A DNA stretch of 63,955 bases, the filler included, from Piptocephalis cylindrospora (Eukaryota), in NCBI GenBank assembly GCA_003614145.1. It is 3 parts of 3 records of this genome, joined end to end, with 100 filler letters (N's around TTAATTAATTAA, not from the genome) between each part and the next. Parts side by side here need not be neighbours in the genome. Positions count along the whole stretch, not along the records: positions 1 to 24,883 come from KZ987782.1; positions 24,984 to 49,856 come from KZ987783.1; 1 more part is not named here. The stretch is one strand, 5' to 3'. The translations under genes were made by a program, and so were the position numbers. Position 1 is the first letter of the stretch. Each line of letters starts with the position of its first letter. A model generated the notes under the pieces. It made no database searches and was not told the origin of the DNA. It worked only from the letters and a program-made list of their open reading frames with translations. This document shows positions 24,119-37,800 of this stretch, piece by piece.

Positions 24119-24883
24119 TTAAACAGCAGCATGAATAGACCAACTCAACTGCTGAACCACATGGGTCCACATGTGATCAGGACGGTTAACCGTGTTCTCG
24201 GTCCACGGAATGACTTTCTCAGCCGGGTCCCACTGGTATTCTAGAGGCAGCTCTCGCAACTTCCTCCCTTTCACATCCTCTTTATCTTTATGAGCCGGAA
24301 AGCTTCCTCGGAGGGTGAAGCGAAAGTCGGCTTGTATGGGCAGAAATCCCGGAGAGGAGGGATAGGAGGAGGATTGCGTCAGCTCTTGATCAGTCAGGAG
24401 ATCATCCAGTGTGTATACCTGGGAAGCTGGGTACCCTGATATTTGCCGATCAAAGGCGCGAGGGCTGATTAAGCCAACCACCACTCCTGGAACATGATGT
24501 ACTTTGCGTAAGTGGTGAGTAAGTCGACCACACGCTGATGAACAGGCTCCATCGGAAATAATGGCCATATTCTCTGGAGATGGGAGAGATAGGTGAAGGG
24601 AGGCTAAGGGATTATTCACCATGGTCGGACACGTATCCACCATTCCCTGAGTATGGGGGTATGGGGCCTGAGTCCGATGATCAGAATGAAGGATTTGGGT
24701 CTCATTCAGAGGTAACAATGTTGTAGCCGAGAGATAATGGGATGGGTGGAATGAACTTTGCCTTACATTTCCACGGGTGGCCTCGAGGGTGATCAAGGAA
24801 AAGAGAGGAGTAATCAAGGATCTCTTTGGAATAGGAGTGGACGTTTCAGGAAAGGGCAGGTTGGAGTCGGGGAAGAGAGTGGA
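24119..24883 (-). CDS. C-terminal part of a fungal S41-family peptidase-like protein, truncated by contig end
   Basis: AIISDGACSSACG resembles the ILTDGxCxSAC motif of fungal S41 peptidases; also PLEYQWDPA and W-ending tail. 5' part lost at the linker. Confidence 0.55.
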   Translation of the reverse strand, partial: STLFPDSNLPFPETSTPIPKRSLITPLFSLITLEATRGNVRQSSFHPSHYLSATTLLPLNETQILHSDHRTQAPYPHTQGMVDTCPTMVNNPLASLHLSLPSPENMAIISDGACSSACGRLTHHLRKVHHVPGVVVGLISPRAFDRQISGYPASQVYTLDDLLTDQELTQSSSYPSSPGFLPIQADFRFTLRGSFPAHKDKEDVKGRKLRELPLEYQWDPAEKVIPWTENTVNRPDHMWTHVVQQLSWSIHAAV

Positions 24884-24983
24884 NNNNNNNNNNNNNNNNN
24901 NNNNNNNNNNNNNNNNNNNNNNNNNNNTTAATTAATTAANNNNNNNNNNNNNNNNNNNNNNNNNNNNNNNNNNNNNNNNNNNN
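24884..24983. other. Artificial contig linker (N44-TTAATTAATTAA-N44)
   Basis: Exactly 100 nt: a palindromic all-frame stop cassette flanked by 44 Ns each side; identical to 49857-49956. Confidence 0.95.
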
Positions 24984-25377
24984 ATTGCATACTACACAGA
25001 TCCTGTCTAGGCATAATGGTATCAAGCTCATGAGGGCTCCGTCCTCCTCAGCTGATGCTAAACCAGTCCCACACTCCCTCCTTTCCGTCCCTCGACCAGA
25101 TGACAAGGATCCCCCGTCCACATCATGCCCTTCTCTCCCACCCCTTTTACCTCTTCTCCCCCGCCCCCCAGCACCTCCACCCTTCCCTCCTTCTTCCTCT
25201 CCTCACCCTTCCCACCCCCGCTCGTCCTCAACCCGCCCACTCCCCATCTATACACCTTGCGCCCGTCCTCCTCCCCTGCACCTAGCTCGTATGCCGGTAC
25301 CCTTCTTTTCTTTCCTTTCCTTCTCCTCCATCTCTCCATTCTCGGACCGTCGTGACCCTATTGGCGAATCCCCCAGC

Positions 25378-27172
25378 ATGTCCAAGCCTCTACTCCCCCC
25401 CCCATCACCAACATTCCTCGGGATCCCCAGCCCTATCCTCCTCCTCCAGCGAACAGCTCCTTTCGGGCTCTGCGGGTCGGGCCTCCGGGCAGCTCTATGA
25501 GGGACAGAGCCCCTCAGCCTTGCAAAATCCTGATGATTACGATATGGAGGCCGCGGAGTTTGAGGAGGAAATGATGCGTAGCGAGCTTCGAAGTCTCGGG
25601 AAAAAGAAGTATCGCCTCATCCTAGTCTACCTCATCGCCGGACTTCTCTTCGTCTCCATTATCGTTGGATCATCCACCTGGTATGGCCAGAGGGCCCAGG
25701 CCAAGCGCAAGAGAAATGTCATCTTCATGGTGTCAGATGGCTTTGGTCCTGCCTCCGAAACCTATGCTCGTACCTATTTCCAGGCCACCCAGGCCCTGGA
25801 ACATCCATACGGCTACCAGCTTCCCCTGGACAAGTTGCTCGTCGGATCCTCCCGCACCCAATCCTCCTCTTCCCTCGTCACCGACTCAGCTGCTGGTGCC
25901 ACCGCCTTCTCATGCGCTCTGAAATCCTACAATGGTGCCGTTGGCGTCGATCCGGATCAGAAGCCCTGTGGTACCGTGCTGGAGGCGGCCAAGGCTCGAG
26001 GGATGAATACAGGCCTTGTTGTCACCAGTAGAATCACTCATGCTACCCCGGCTGCCTTTAGCGCCCATGTCACGGGCCGAGACTCGGAATCGCGCATTGC
26101 CGAGCAGCAAATGGGTGAATACGCCCTGGGCCGACAGGTCGATCTCCTCTTTGGTGGGGGTAAGTGCTTCTTCCTGCCCAACGAAACGAATGACGGTTGC
26201 AGGCTGGATGGGAGGGATCTGTGGTCCCAGTACCAGGAAGAAGGTTGGGCCACTCTAGATACCCGGGAAGGCTTTGATACTCTTGAACCCACCGGCGCCT
26301 CCCTACCCCTCATGGGCCTATTCGCCCTTGACCATATGTCCTACGAGCTGGATCGGGACCCTAAGGAGCAGCCGGCCCTGCATGAGATGACCCACAAGGC
26401 CCTGGAAATCCTGGGGGCCGAGTCTCGACAGGAGGAGACGGGCTTTTTCCTCCTCATCGAGGGTAGTCGCATTGACATGGCCGCCCATGACAATGACCCC
26501 GCTGCCCATGTTCACGATATCGCTGAGTACCAGCGAACCGTGGAGGTCGTCAAGGCCTTTGTGGACTCCCACCCCGAAACTGTGATGATTTCCGTTAGTG
26601 ACCATGAAACCGGAGGCCTGACCCTAGGTATGCAGCCCGGCAAGGAGTATCCCGAATACATCTGGTACCCTGAGGTCATCCAGCGGGTGCAGAACTCCTC
26701 CTGGGCTGTCGGCCAAGCCTTATCTCGGGTAGACGGTGGGGTGAAGGCCAAGAGGGCTGCTCTCATCCACAGCCTCCTCCCTGAGTCCCTTGGCATCTCC
26801 GATGCTACTGACGAGGAGATTGCCTTCTTAGTGGATCCAGAACAAGGGGACATTGACATTGAATTTTACCTTGGGAGGATGGTCAGCCGTCGTGCTAATG
26901 TTGGATGGACTACTCACGGACATACCGGCGTCGACGTCAACCTGTACGCCTATGGCATGGAGGCTGAAGCCCTTAGGGGCAACCATGATAATACTGATCT
27001 CGGGATCTTTGTTTCTCGCTTCCTCGGCCTTGACCTGCCCTCCATTACCGATAAGCTGAATCAGGTACATGAAGAGAGGAGCTTGGCCTGACGGAAGACA
27101 TTTTACTGACATTTCCCTTTCCTTTGGCCTTTTCCCCCTGTCCGATCACAGGGTAATTTGGTCATGGAGTAG
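25378..27172 (+). CDS. PHO8: Vacuolar-type alkaline phosphatase (type II membrane anchor)
   Basis: RNVIFMVSDG, VTDSAAGATA (catalytic Ser), ITHATPA, EGSRIDMAAH, SDHETGG, HTGVDV; N-terminal TM helix; short last exon 27152-27172. Start is either 25378 (needs a 1-nt correction in a C9 run) or 25544. Confidence 0.93.
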
Positions 27173-27746
27173 ACTGTAGGGGCACGCTTTTATGGATAAA
27201 CGAGCGGAGGGCAGGAGATGAATGCAGGCGAGCAGAGGAGATGGAGAATGAAGAATACTTGACCGATCCTACGGATTTAATCCATGTGTTAGTTTCTGGT
27301 TTGATAAAGGGGAACTTCTCTTGCCTTATTCTATTTCTGCTCTATTCTCATCTAGGCCTGTTTCATAAAGGGTTTACTGTGAGTATTGAGGAATAATGTG
27401 GGGCCAAGGAACAAGGAAGGATGAAGGGAGGGAAGGGAGGAAGGGAGAGGAATGGAAAACTGAATGAGTGGTATGGGCGTATTTTATACGCGTGAGCACG
27501 TCCCTCTTGGATGATCTCCCCACACAACAAGGTCCGACGCGTGCGCAGAAAATCGCGGGTTTTCCCTAGCCTGGTGTTGACAGGACCTCCCATTTTTCTA
27601 GAAAGGGGGATTTGTCGCGTATTCTCTCATTCCACTCGGAACACCATTGCTCTGTCCCACTCTCTCCCTCACTCTCGACAATAACGTACATCAGCCCTAT
27701 CTTATTCATGGGTAAAGCACAGAAAGTATAACATCTATTCACAAGA

Positions 27747-30028
27747 TCATCCTGTACGGATGGAGTCATGGGTAGAGACCGCATCATCTGAGGACTCCTC
27801 CTTATGGCTAGAGCCATCTGTGTGTCGAAAGGTCATGCAGACCCCGGAGTAACGAATGCCCCAGATGGAGAGGTGATGATTGATGCTGAGGAGCCCAGAG
27901 AAAGAATTGGACGCTTCTTTACACTCATATCCGGCAGGACCGCAGCATCGAAGGATCCGTGTGCCCTTGTGTCGTACCCACCATTCATCTCCAGCGTGTC
28001 TCCAACCCATATTTTTGGGGCCCAGATGGGGGGGAAAAGATCTTTACTATGAACGATTCGGGTCGTGGGCAGGTCCAGGGAGGCGTAGTGCTCGGACCAC
28101 CTTCGATTTCCCACCCGAGGCTGTCCCACCGTCCAGACTCGAATGTCTATAGGGCCCTCAGCGCCTCCCAGGGTCGATTTGAGGTCAGCAGCACATAGCT
28201 GAGCCAAGGCGCCGCCTAGACTGTGGCCACACACTAGGATGGGGGTGTTGGGGGGACGGGTGGACAGGGCGCGGTCCAGAGCCACAAGGATGTCAGATCG
28301 AACTGACCTCCACGACCTCCAGAACCCAGCATGAACGCGGACCCTCGGAGAGGCTCCGGGAATTTGGGTAACCACCTGCTTGAGCATCAGGTTGTTGGCC
28401 CAGTTGAGGAGACGGACGCTCCCGCGAAATGAGATAACCAGGCATTCCTGGTCCTCCTCGCCTCCCTCCTCTCCCGTGATGGGAAGTTGAATGGAAGCCA
28501 GAGTGGCACGCGTGGCCGTGGAGCCAGCATCGAAGACACGCAGGACCCGGGGAGAAATCTCGGGTGAGCAATGACCTTTGCATTTCCACCGGAGGACGTG
28601 TTTGTTCCTTGAGCAGTACACTGATTTGGCCATCAGAGCCATGATCTTGGCCTGCTTTACCTCCACTTCCAAAGGAACGTCCAAGTTAAAAATGGTATGA
28701 TGAGCAGCATGCTGGGTCCCATGATGCCCAGAGATGGAGGCTTTGGGTAGGATATTTAAGTGAGCAAGATTACGGAACCATGAGACAGTTCGTTCGAGCT
28801 TAGGCTCCTCGGTCCCCTCATCCACCATGCCCATGTTCTCTTGATTCTCTTCCTCGCCATCGTCCTCCCCATACCCAATATTATCCTCTTTCTCCTCCTC
28901 CATTGCATTATCATGCATAGGCTTGGAGGATGGTGGGGAAGGGCGATAACGAGGGAGAAGTGTTCGGGAGCGGCGGTAGGCCGAGTCGGCCTGTGGTGGG
29001 GGTGGGGATTGGGGATTGGCCAGCTTGGGTGACCGTATCTTCCCCATGACCGTATTGGAGGATGTGGGGAGGAATGAAAGGGAAAAGCGTTTGCTCTGTG
29101 GGGAGCTGGGAGGGGGAGAGGAAATCTCATTATCCCGGATGTGAAGTGCACTGCATGAAACCGCTGATGAGGAGGGGGTGGATGATGGTTGAGGTCGAAG
29201 AGGAAGGCGGCCCTTGGGTCTTCGCATAACCGCCTCGGCCGACATACTTCTTCGATGACCGAGAGGGACGTAGGGAAAGGGCATGGAGGCTTTGATCTCT
29301 CTATCTTCCTCCGAGTCCTCGTTCGGGTTACTCTCCGTGCTAGTGCTCCGGGAGAGTTCGGGAGTTTTGCTGCCGCCCTCCTCTTCCTCCCCCTCATCCT
29401 CATCCTCCTCCTCCTCCTCCTCCTCCTCCCCCTCGTCATCCCCCTCATCATCCGATGGGGAGGGAGGAAAGGGAAATATATCAGAGCCCATCGAGCTATT
29501 GTCATACTCATCGGACACTTGGGTCTCTGCATGATCGTCTGGATGAAATATAGAGGAGAGAGAACAGCGGGATTCACGGATATCGTGATCATCATCATCC
29601 TTGCCTCCATTTTGCTTGGATGACGCTCCTCCGGAAACAGGGTCCTCTTCCTTGGAAAATGGGATGTGGATGTTCTTGGGAAGGAGAAGGCGTCTCCATT
29701 TACCCCATCCTTCATGCTCGCCTCGCTTTCTTGGATCACTGGGCTCGTGAGTCACCGTAGAGTTTTGGGGGCTATCTCCTCCCGAAGGATCCTCTGTGGA
29801 GTGACCACGCCGTTGCCATCGAAGCCTCCAGGGTTCGGCAGATGGGATAGGTGAGGGCGGGGATATGGGTGAAGAAAAGGACGAAGTGGTGGTGGAGGTG
29901 GAAATGGCTGATACGGGTTCGGAGGTGGAGGAAAGAGATGTAGTCTTGGAGGGACAGGAGGAGACAGGGGAAAATCGATGCGTTCCCGGAAGACTCGGGA
30001 GATGTTGGGTTATAATGTTAGGCACCAT
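27747..30028 (-). CDS. Class 3 lipase with long disordered N-terminus; frameshift at a C7 run (28028-28034)
   Basis: LVISFRGS, VHAGFW, GHSLGGALA, TVGQPRVGN and HSKDLFP in the main ORF. The expected lipase tail (GWRHAGDEWW...SNS...SINHHLSIWG) is in the overlapping ORF 27747-28010. Confidence 0.85.
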
Positions 30029-31661
30029 GGTGAAGTGACTGGAAGGGGTGCTTCATCGATTAGGTCGAAGAAGGAAAGGCTGAAAGATGGGTCAGAGGCC
30101 ACGAGTGGAAGATGACCAAATGCAATACTATGAAATGTTGAAAGGACCCTTGAGGGAATTTGGAGGAGCAATCAAGGATGGGTATCTAGGTCCAGGCTAG
30201 TCAGCCCTTGTGACAAGTGAATTTGGAGGCAGGGAAAGGAAGGCGAGGGGGCCTGTTTCTGCGAATGGCGCCTGCCAAGGAAGAGCTTCTTGTTCACTGG
30301 TGATTCAGGACAATAGGCCCGGGGTCGAGGAAGAGTGGGAGGTGAAAGGGAAAGAAATGAGCTGACTGATGGCAGAAGAGAAGGGATGGGGTAAGGGTGA
30401 TTGAGTGGATGTATTTCAGGACTCAACTTATCGCTCTCCTCATCAGATCTCTTCATTTATACCCCCCCCCTAACCGACCCTGCTCACGACCCCATCATTG
30501 CACTCGCAGAACCGGTCTCATCCAATAAGTTCAGCCAGACAGGACAGATGGGACAATACAACATTGAGGAGACATGCACATACTAAGAGGGCTGACTGTC
30601 TGCCTGGTCTAGGAACTTGGCAGTACTGGTCAATACCTACCGTACATCCCGCACACATTAGAGCTGGCTCTGCAGGAGAGCCCTCCATCCTCAGACAAGC
30701 CCCATACAATAATACCGTGGTATGAGTCACTCCAGGTGTAGTGATAGGTTCGGGGGATGGGGATGAGGTTGACCCGAGAGCGAGCTTGGTTTAAGATGGT
30801 GCGGTGAGGGGAAATGGTTTCTAATAGTGTCCGAATACGACCGAGGATCTCCCGGTTGCCGTAAGTCATGACACGACATTATCTATGGTAAGGCGGCCTT
30901 TTTGTCATCGTCTTCTGGATTACGAATTGATCAGGGGGATGGAATGGAGAGAGGAAGTATGGTGATAAGGACGATAATAGTGCTGGGATGTAGATCACCC
31001 AGTCTCTTCCGTAGCCCTCATGAGCTTGATACCATTATGCCTAGACAGGATCTGTGTAGTATGCAATATTTCCTTCTCTCATCCATCAGGATCATCCTTA
31101 TACTCATCTCCTTTTTGGACAACCTAAAACTCATATTTTACCGACAAAGTACACTGAAGCAGCTTTGAATGCTCATGGGAGATAATGGGAGACATGAATG
31201 CTTTCCCCTCTACATTCTGAGCGGTGAACGCATGTGCGAGAGGGATTGAACCACCATGCTTGCTTATGGAACACGACATATCCTTGCTATGCACAGAAGG
31301 AGTGGAATTCTCATTATTAATGCCCCCAACTGATCGTTGGCTATTTTAGTGACTTGATGACTGCTCAAGTGATTTATGAATTCATCGACCCATGTTGTAG
31401 TCCAGAGGGGAAGGTGTTCTCAAAGCAAAGGCTTCTGATCCCTACCCAAATATGCGGTTCATGAGCGGGGCGATGAATGATGGGACGCGTGCACAGCCTC
31501 CATGCTATGGCGGGGGCTTGTCGGAGCCATCCGCTCGCTCCTCCATCAGTATTGACAACAACGTCGTCCTCAAACTTGGACGTCCCTGACTTGGGTACCA
31601 GCAGTTCCTTTCTCTACTCCCTACTCCAGCTTTCCTTGTCCTTCCCGCTCAGTACACACCC

Positions 31662-33401
31662 ATGACTTGGCAAGAGGATACAGCTAAGGCACTGGCCACA
31701 TCGGTCCGTGTGGCCGCCCTGGACTTTCAGCCTTCTTCCGCCCATCGCCCCACAACATCCTCATCCGAGGTACATATCAGCTCAGGTGCTCCTCGGCCCG
31801 GGTATACCCTACGTGAGTGCAAACCCCATGAACGAAAATTGTATTTGGCGGACGAGGATACCAAAACAGCCGTGCAACAACAGGCTACTCGGGCCGAACA
31901 GAAGAGCCGCAACCCACGGGACGCGGATATTTATCGTTTGATCGAGGCAATGCGGACTTTGGCCGATATTAGGTAAGATTCTCATGGAATGGGGGAGGGG
32001 GGAGGGGGGAGGGGGCTTCTCTCATGTATTTAACTTTGAACACCCATAGCGCCATGCCCGAGGCTCAAGAGGCCATTGAGGAAGTGGAGCAGCAGTATGC
32101 TAGCTTGGATGCGGATATTACCTCGATGAGAGCTCAGATGGCTACGGTAAATGTGAAATGGATTAGGAGAAGGGAAAAATCTTGATTTACTCATCTTATT
32201 TGCCATGATGCTAGAGAGAGGCAGCAGAAAGAGCATCATCAGCCAAAGCACAGGCTGAGCGAGGGGCAGCGGCAAAGACGGCGTTGCTTCAAGAGGAAGA
32301 GAAGAAGAAGGTCTTGTTGCTGGAGCAAATTGTCAAAGAACGGCAGGCCGAGGTAGGTAAAAGGGGGAAGGGAGGCGTACGAGGAAAGTGATGGAGTGCT
32401 GGAGTCTTTCCATTGGCGTTATCTAACTGGGCCGCCCCTTTACCTGAATGACCTCTTAGACGGATATGTTGGTGGTGGAGCTGGAGGAGGTAAGGGTTCG
32501 TCGGGAGCAAGAAGACCAGGTCAACTCCATGCAAGTGACGCTCGATTCTATGCCCATCCCCGAGGATGTGGAGGGCCAAGAGGCTGTGGCCCGATTACAG
32601 GATTTATTGTTGAAGCGGAAACGAGAGATGGAGGAGATGGAACGGGAGGAGGAAGCCATGGACTTGGAGGAATCGGTTGCCACCATGACCTCTTCGGCTA
32701 ACACAGGAGGCTTCAATGGCGAGTTAATTACTCGTGACTTTGCCCCTCCTCTCCCCTCATCTAGGCATGCCGGGAAGGTCAAATTGGGCATTCGTAAGAG
32801 GGCCAAGACGAGCCCAACTCCCAAGTCCCCTAGTAGGGATGATTCCGAGGATACTGCGAGATCTGAGAAACTTTTGGTAGGTTTTTTGATGCGCTAGAAT
32901 GGGCGATAAAAGGGAGGAGCTTCCCTCCCCAAAGCCGCCGTGCGCCCCCACGCAGGAAAGGACACATGATCCACTCACACCCTTACTCATTCCTCGGGCG
33001 CACAGAGTGAAATCAAAGAAAGGCTTAAGGCATGCATCGATGCATGTACAGCGAGATACGAAGGTCGATTGGGACGGGACATCCTTCGATGCGCCCATGA
33101 AACAGTGGTGGATGTGGTTTCCAATGAGGGAAGGCTAGATGATGCAGAAGCTGGGTCTGACTCCACGATCAATCCGGCCCCTACACCTAATTCTGTCCTT
33201 GCTGCCCTCGTCCTCCAAACCATTGCACTAGCCGATGACTTTACCGTTCCCCTGGCACGACTCAAACAGGAGATCTCCGATTATGCCTCCAAGCGGGGAT
33301 GGAACACTACTCAGGCCGTCCAGAGTGTGTATACCCTAGTGGCCAATCAATTGATTGATATTGATCGGTCTAGTAAGGAGAATTGGGTCAGGCTACAGTG
33401 A
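31662..33401 (+). CDS. SPC34: Spc34-like DASH/Dam1 complex subunit with coiled-coil and C-terminal winged-helix-like extension (5 exons)
   Basis: TLRECKPHERKLY and DADIYRLIEAMRTLADISAMPEAQEAIEEVEQQY resemble Spc34 motifs (IRD..PHERxLF; DV..LL..A..L...P). Exons join in frame through GT-AG introns to ...QLIDIDRSSKENWVRLQ. Confidence 0.6.
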
Positions 33402-33846
33402 GGACATTGGGTATGGGTGAACAATCACTCTATGTATTCAAGCCTAGATGGGCATTACCTTGGGGGTGGGATGGGATGGGGTGAGATGTGTGGTCTGATG
33501 ATATATCTGGAAGGTCAAGGCGTAATTTGCTATTTTTGGGAAAGTAATTGAATGCACATTTCTAGGTGTGCCATTCCCTCATTACAAATTGTCTACTATT
33601 TTTTCCGTGTGGTCACCTTTTCCCCGCATTCATAAGGGTGCAGCGAGCAAGACAAACCCCGGTAAGAGGGAATGTGATGGCGTTCTTCTCACGGTACGGT
33701 ATATATCAACACCCGACAGTCTCCAAGGGAAGCTGCTCTTGCCGGGGAACTCTTTATCCTCTCTTCTCTTCACTTTTTTTCCCTTTCCTTTCCTTTCCTT
33801 CCCTTCCTCATTTCACCCCTCTCCTCCAGTACACCCTTTTCACACT

Positions 33847-35322
<1,476 letters not shown>

Positions 35323-35481
35323 GATCAATGGGAAAAGAAGGAGAGCGGAATTTCCAGTGGCCATGAGTGTCTGGACAGGACAAATGGAGTGGAGGGGGGA
35401 ATATGGTAAAGAATGAAAGCTAGTTTGCTCTATCTCATGTGGTGTGTATGGGGCCCTGATCCTCCAGTACACGTAAGAGGA

Positions 35482-36890
35482 TCACTCATTCCCACCCAGC
35501 TGCAAAAAAGCCGAGGCATAACTGACAGAGCTCTCTTGGGGGCGGGTCACCGGGCTACTCTGTTCATACCGAACGAACCGAATTAGAGGTTTATGACATT
35601 CAGATCCCTCTTCTTCATGGTTGTCCAAGGTGGCTAGGGCTGCAAGAAGGACAGCAATTGGATGTCTACCACAAATGGTATTCCCCGTTTTGGAGAGGTA
35701 GCGAGTGAATGCTTGATGATCTAAAGTCTCGATCACTTCCATCCCCTCCTGATCCAGGGCATGGATACTTTGGTGAATGGGGATGGATCTAGCGGATGGC
35801 GCAGCATACGGGCCTTCCAGGGCATCCCCGGGCTTTGAACTCGGGGGTTGAGCCTCTGAGTAAAAAGTGTAGCCAAACCGATCCCCCCAGTGGCAAAAGT
35901 CGGATGAAATGATGAAGACATTTTCCGGGGAGGCTAGATATGGAGCAAGGAGCTTTCCGTATGTCTCCTCATCGGAATGTGCAATGGCTCCAATGATGAT
36001 TGGGACCACCGGACACGACTTTCCTTGTCTGGGAGAGTAAATGGGAGCGAGATAAGTAGGGGAGGTGAGGTGAGGTGAGGAAAATGTGGGTCATGGGATA
36101 CTCACAGATCAAGTAGATGTTTCAGGTAGGGAAATTGCATTTCCAGACTGTGTTCGGCCTCTTCTTGATCCAGAGAAAACATGGAGAATTGCTTGGTATC
36201 GCGAAGTTTTTCCGTGGCTGATTGAGGAATGAATGAGGTGACTTATGGACGGGAGCGGAAAGCCAAAAAAAGGCCAGAAAAGCCCAAACCTACTTTGAAC
36301 ATCCACCGTCAAGGCACCCAAAGGGGTGGCTAGCTCGGTGCATTTGGTCAGGGCACATCCTTTGAGGTGAACATGATGGGAAGGGCCTAGAATGAACACT
36401 CGACGGCTAGGTAAAAACGTGAGGAGTGCTTCATCAGTCATACTGAGGGGCCATACAAGGGGATATTGTGGGGAATTAAACCTACACACGGGAGAGGTCT
36501 AAGCACTTGTAGGCCCATGCCGCGGCCCTTCCGCTGTAAGCATATCCGGCGTGTCTATGAATGCATGAATGGTGAGTCTACTTGATAAATCCAATGCTCC
36601 TCCCTTGGAACACCAGACTCACGGAGCAATAATGGCACGGGCATTCGGTACAGGAATGGGAAGATCCACGTCCTTGACGTGGGTGGTCTCGGGGACCAGG
36701 GAAAGCCATTGATCCAGCTGCCGTGTCAGCTTACTCTCTGGATCATATGAATGGAGGAGGACACATTGTATTAGTGAGTATAGCCAGGTTGTTAACGCCA
36801 TGACCGAAGGAATACTTTCTTTTCTCCATCCCCCAACTCACCATCATCCGAGTACCAGGCTCCGGCGTGGCTGGCTTTACGGATAGGCAT
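35482..36890 (-). CDS. MEMO1: MEMO1/Mho1 family protein (multi-exon)
   Basis: RKASHAGAWY, ARAIIAP|HAGY, FILGPSHH, EHSLEM, ISSDFCHWG, NTICGRHPI, SSVSYAS. Confidence 0.95.
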
Positions 36891-37800
36891 GTTGAGTTCG
36901 GAGGTGTTGGGAGGAAAGGGGAAATGGTTAGTTTGAAAGAGGAAAAGGAAGGAGGAGGGGCGTGGGAGGGAAAGAGAATTGGCGAGCCGGAGGAAGCGGG
37001 ACGTGTGCACAGGACTCCATCTTCCTTATATCCCCGACGGATGGGTCGATGGCGTCACCATCGGGACCGGTGACCAAGGCTTGATATACCAGGGTGGTGT
37101 TCCAGTGGGGTGGGAGAATGAATAGACTTAGAGACCAGCAGTACACATGCCACAGACGGTAAGGATAAATCGAGCCAAATTGGGTGGCACCGTTTTAGCA
37201 TAATTGGCACCCTTTTCACGGTAGGTCGTGCAATCGTTGGCCTTTGGAAAGATAGTGTGTCTAGGATATTGTGGAAGTCTACTCCATCACAGACCAGCTT
37301 TAAAGATGCGATTGCTCCAAGAATAGATTCAGGCGTTGGTTTCCTATCGAGGGTGGAGGCAATGGTGCTGCTCACCCGGGTTCTAGATCATGAAAAATCG
37401 AGGCTCCGTCGCCATATCTCCAGACAGGGAACTCACGTCGGGCCTCCCATCGGAGCTCCTCCATTCGCATCCCGCTAGCCAACCAGCACGCCTAGATTTG
37501 CTGCCAAGGGTTTAAAAGAAATAATGATAGGCGGTGCTTAATATAGAAAACTCCCTATCCTGATTTAGAATTAACGTATAAAGATACGAGCGTCGCGGCC
37601 TGGCAATTTTGGCAAATCTTCCTCTCCCTTCTTTTCCCCTTTACTCTCTTTGATGCCCTTTTGCCTTACTCTTAGCACTTTTCCTCGCGCTTTACGTTCT
37701 TTGTCTTTTCCACCCGCCCTCCCTCCCAGTACGCCAATCACAACCATATTATTTTTCGAGACAATTTTTTTCGCTATCCTAACCAACCAAGCAATCAACC

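Noticed and set aside
28756..29739. 327-aa alternative-frame ORF inside the lipase N-terminus
   Set aside because: Overlapping frame over low-complexity GAG repeats; no independent coding signal.
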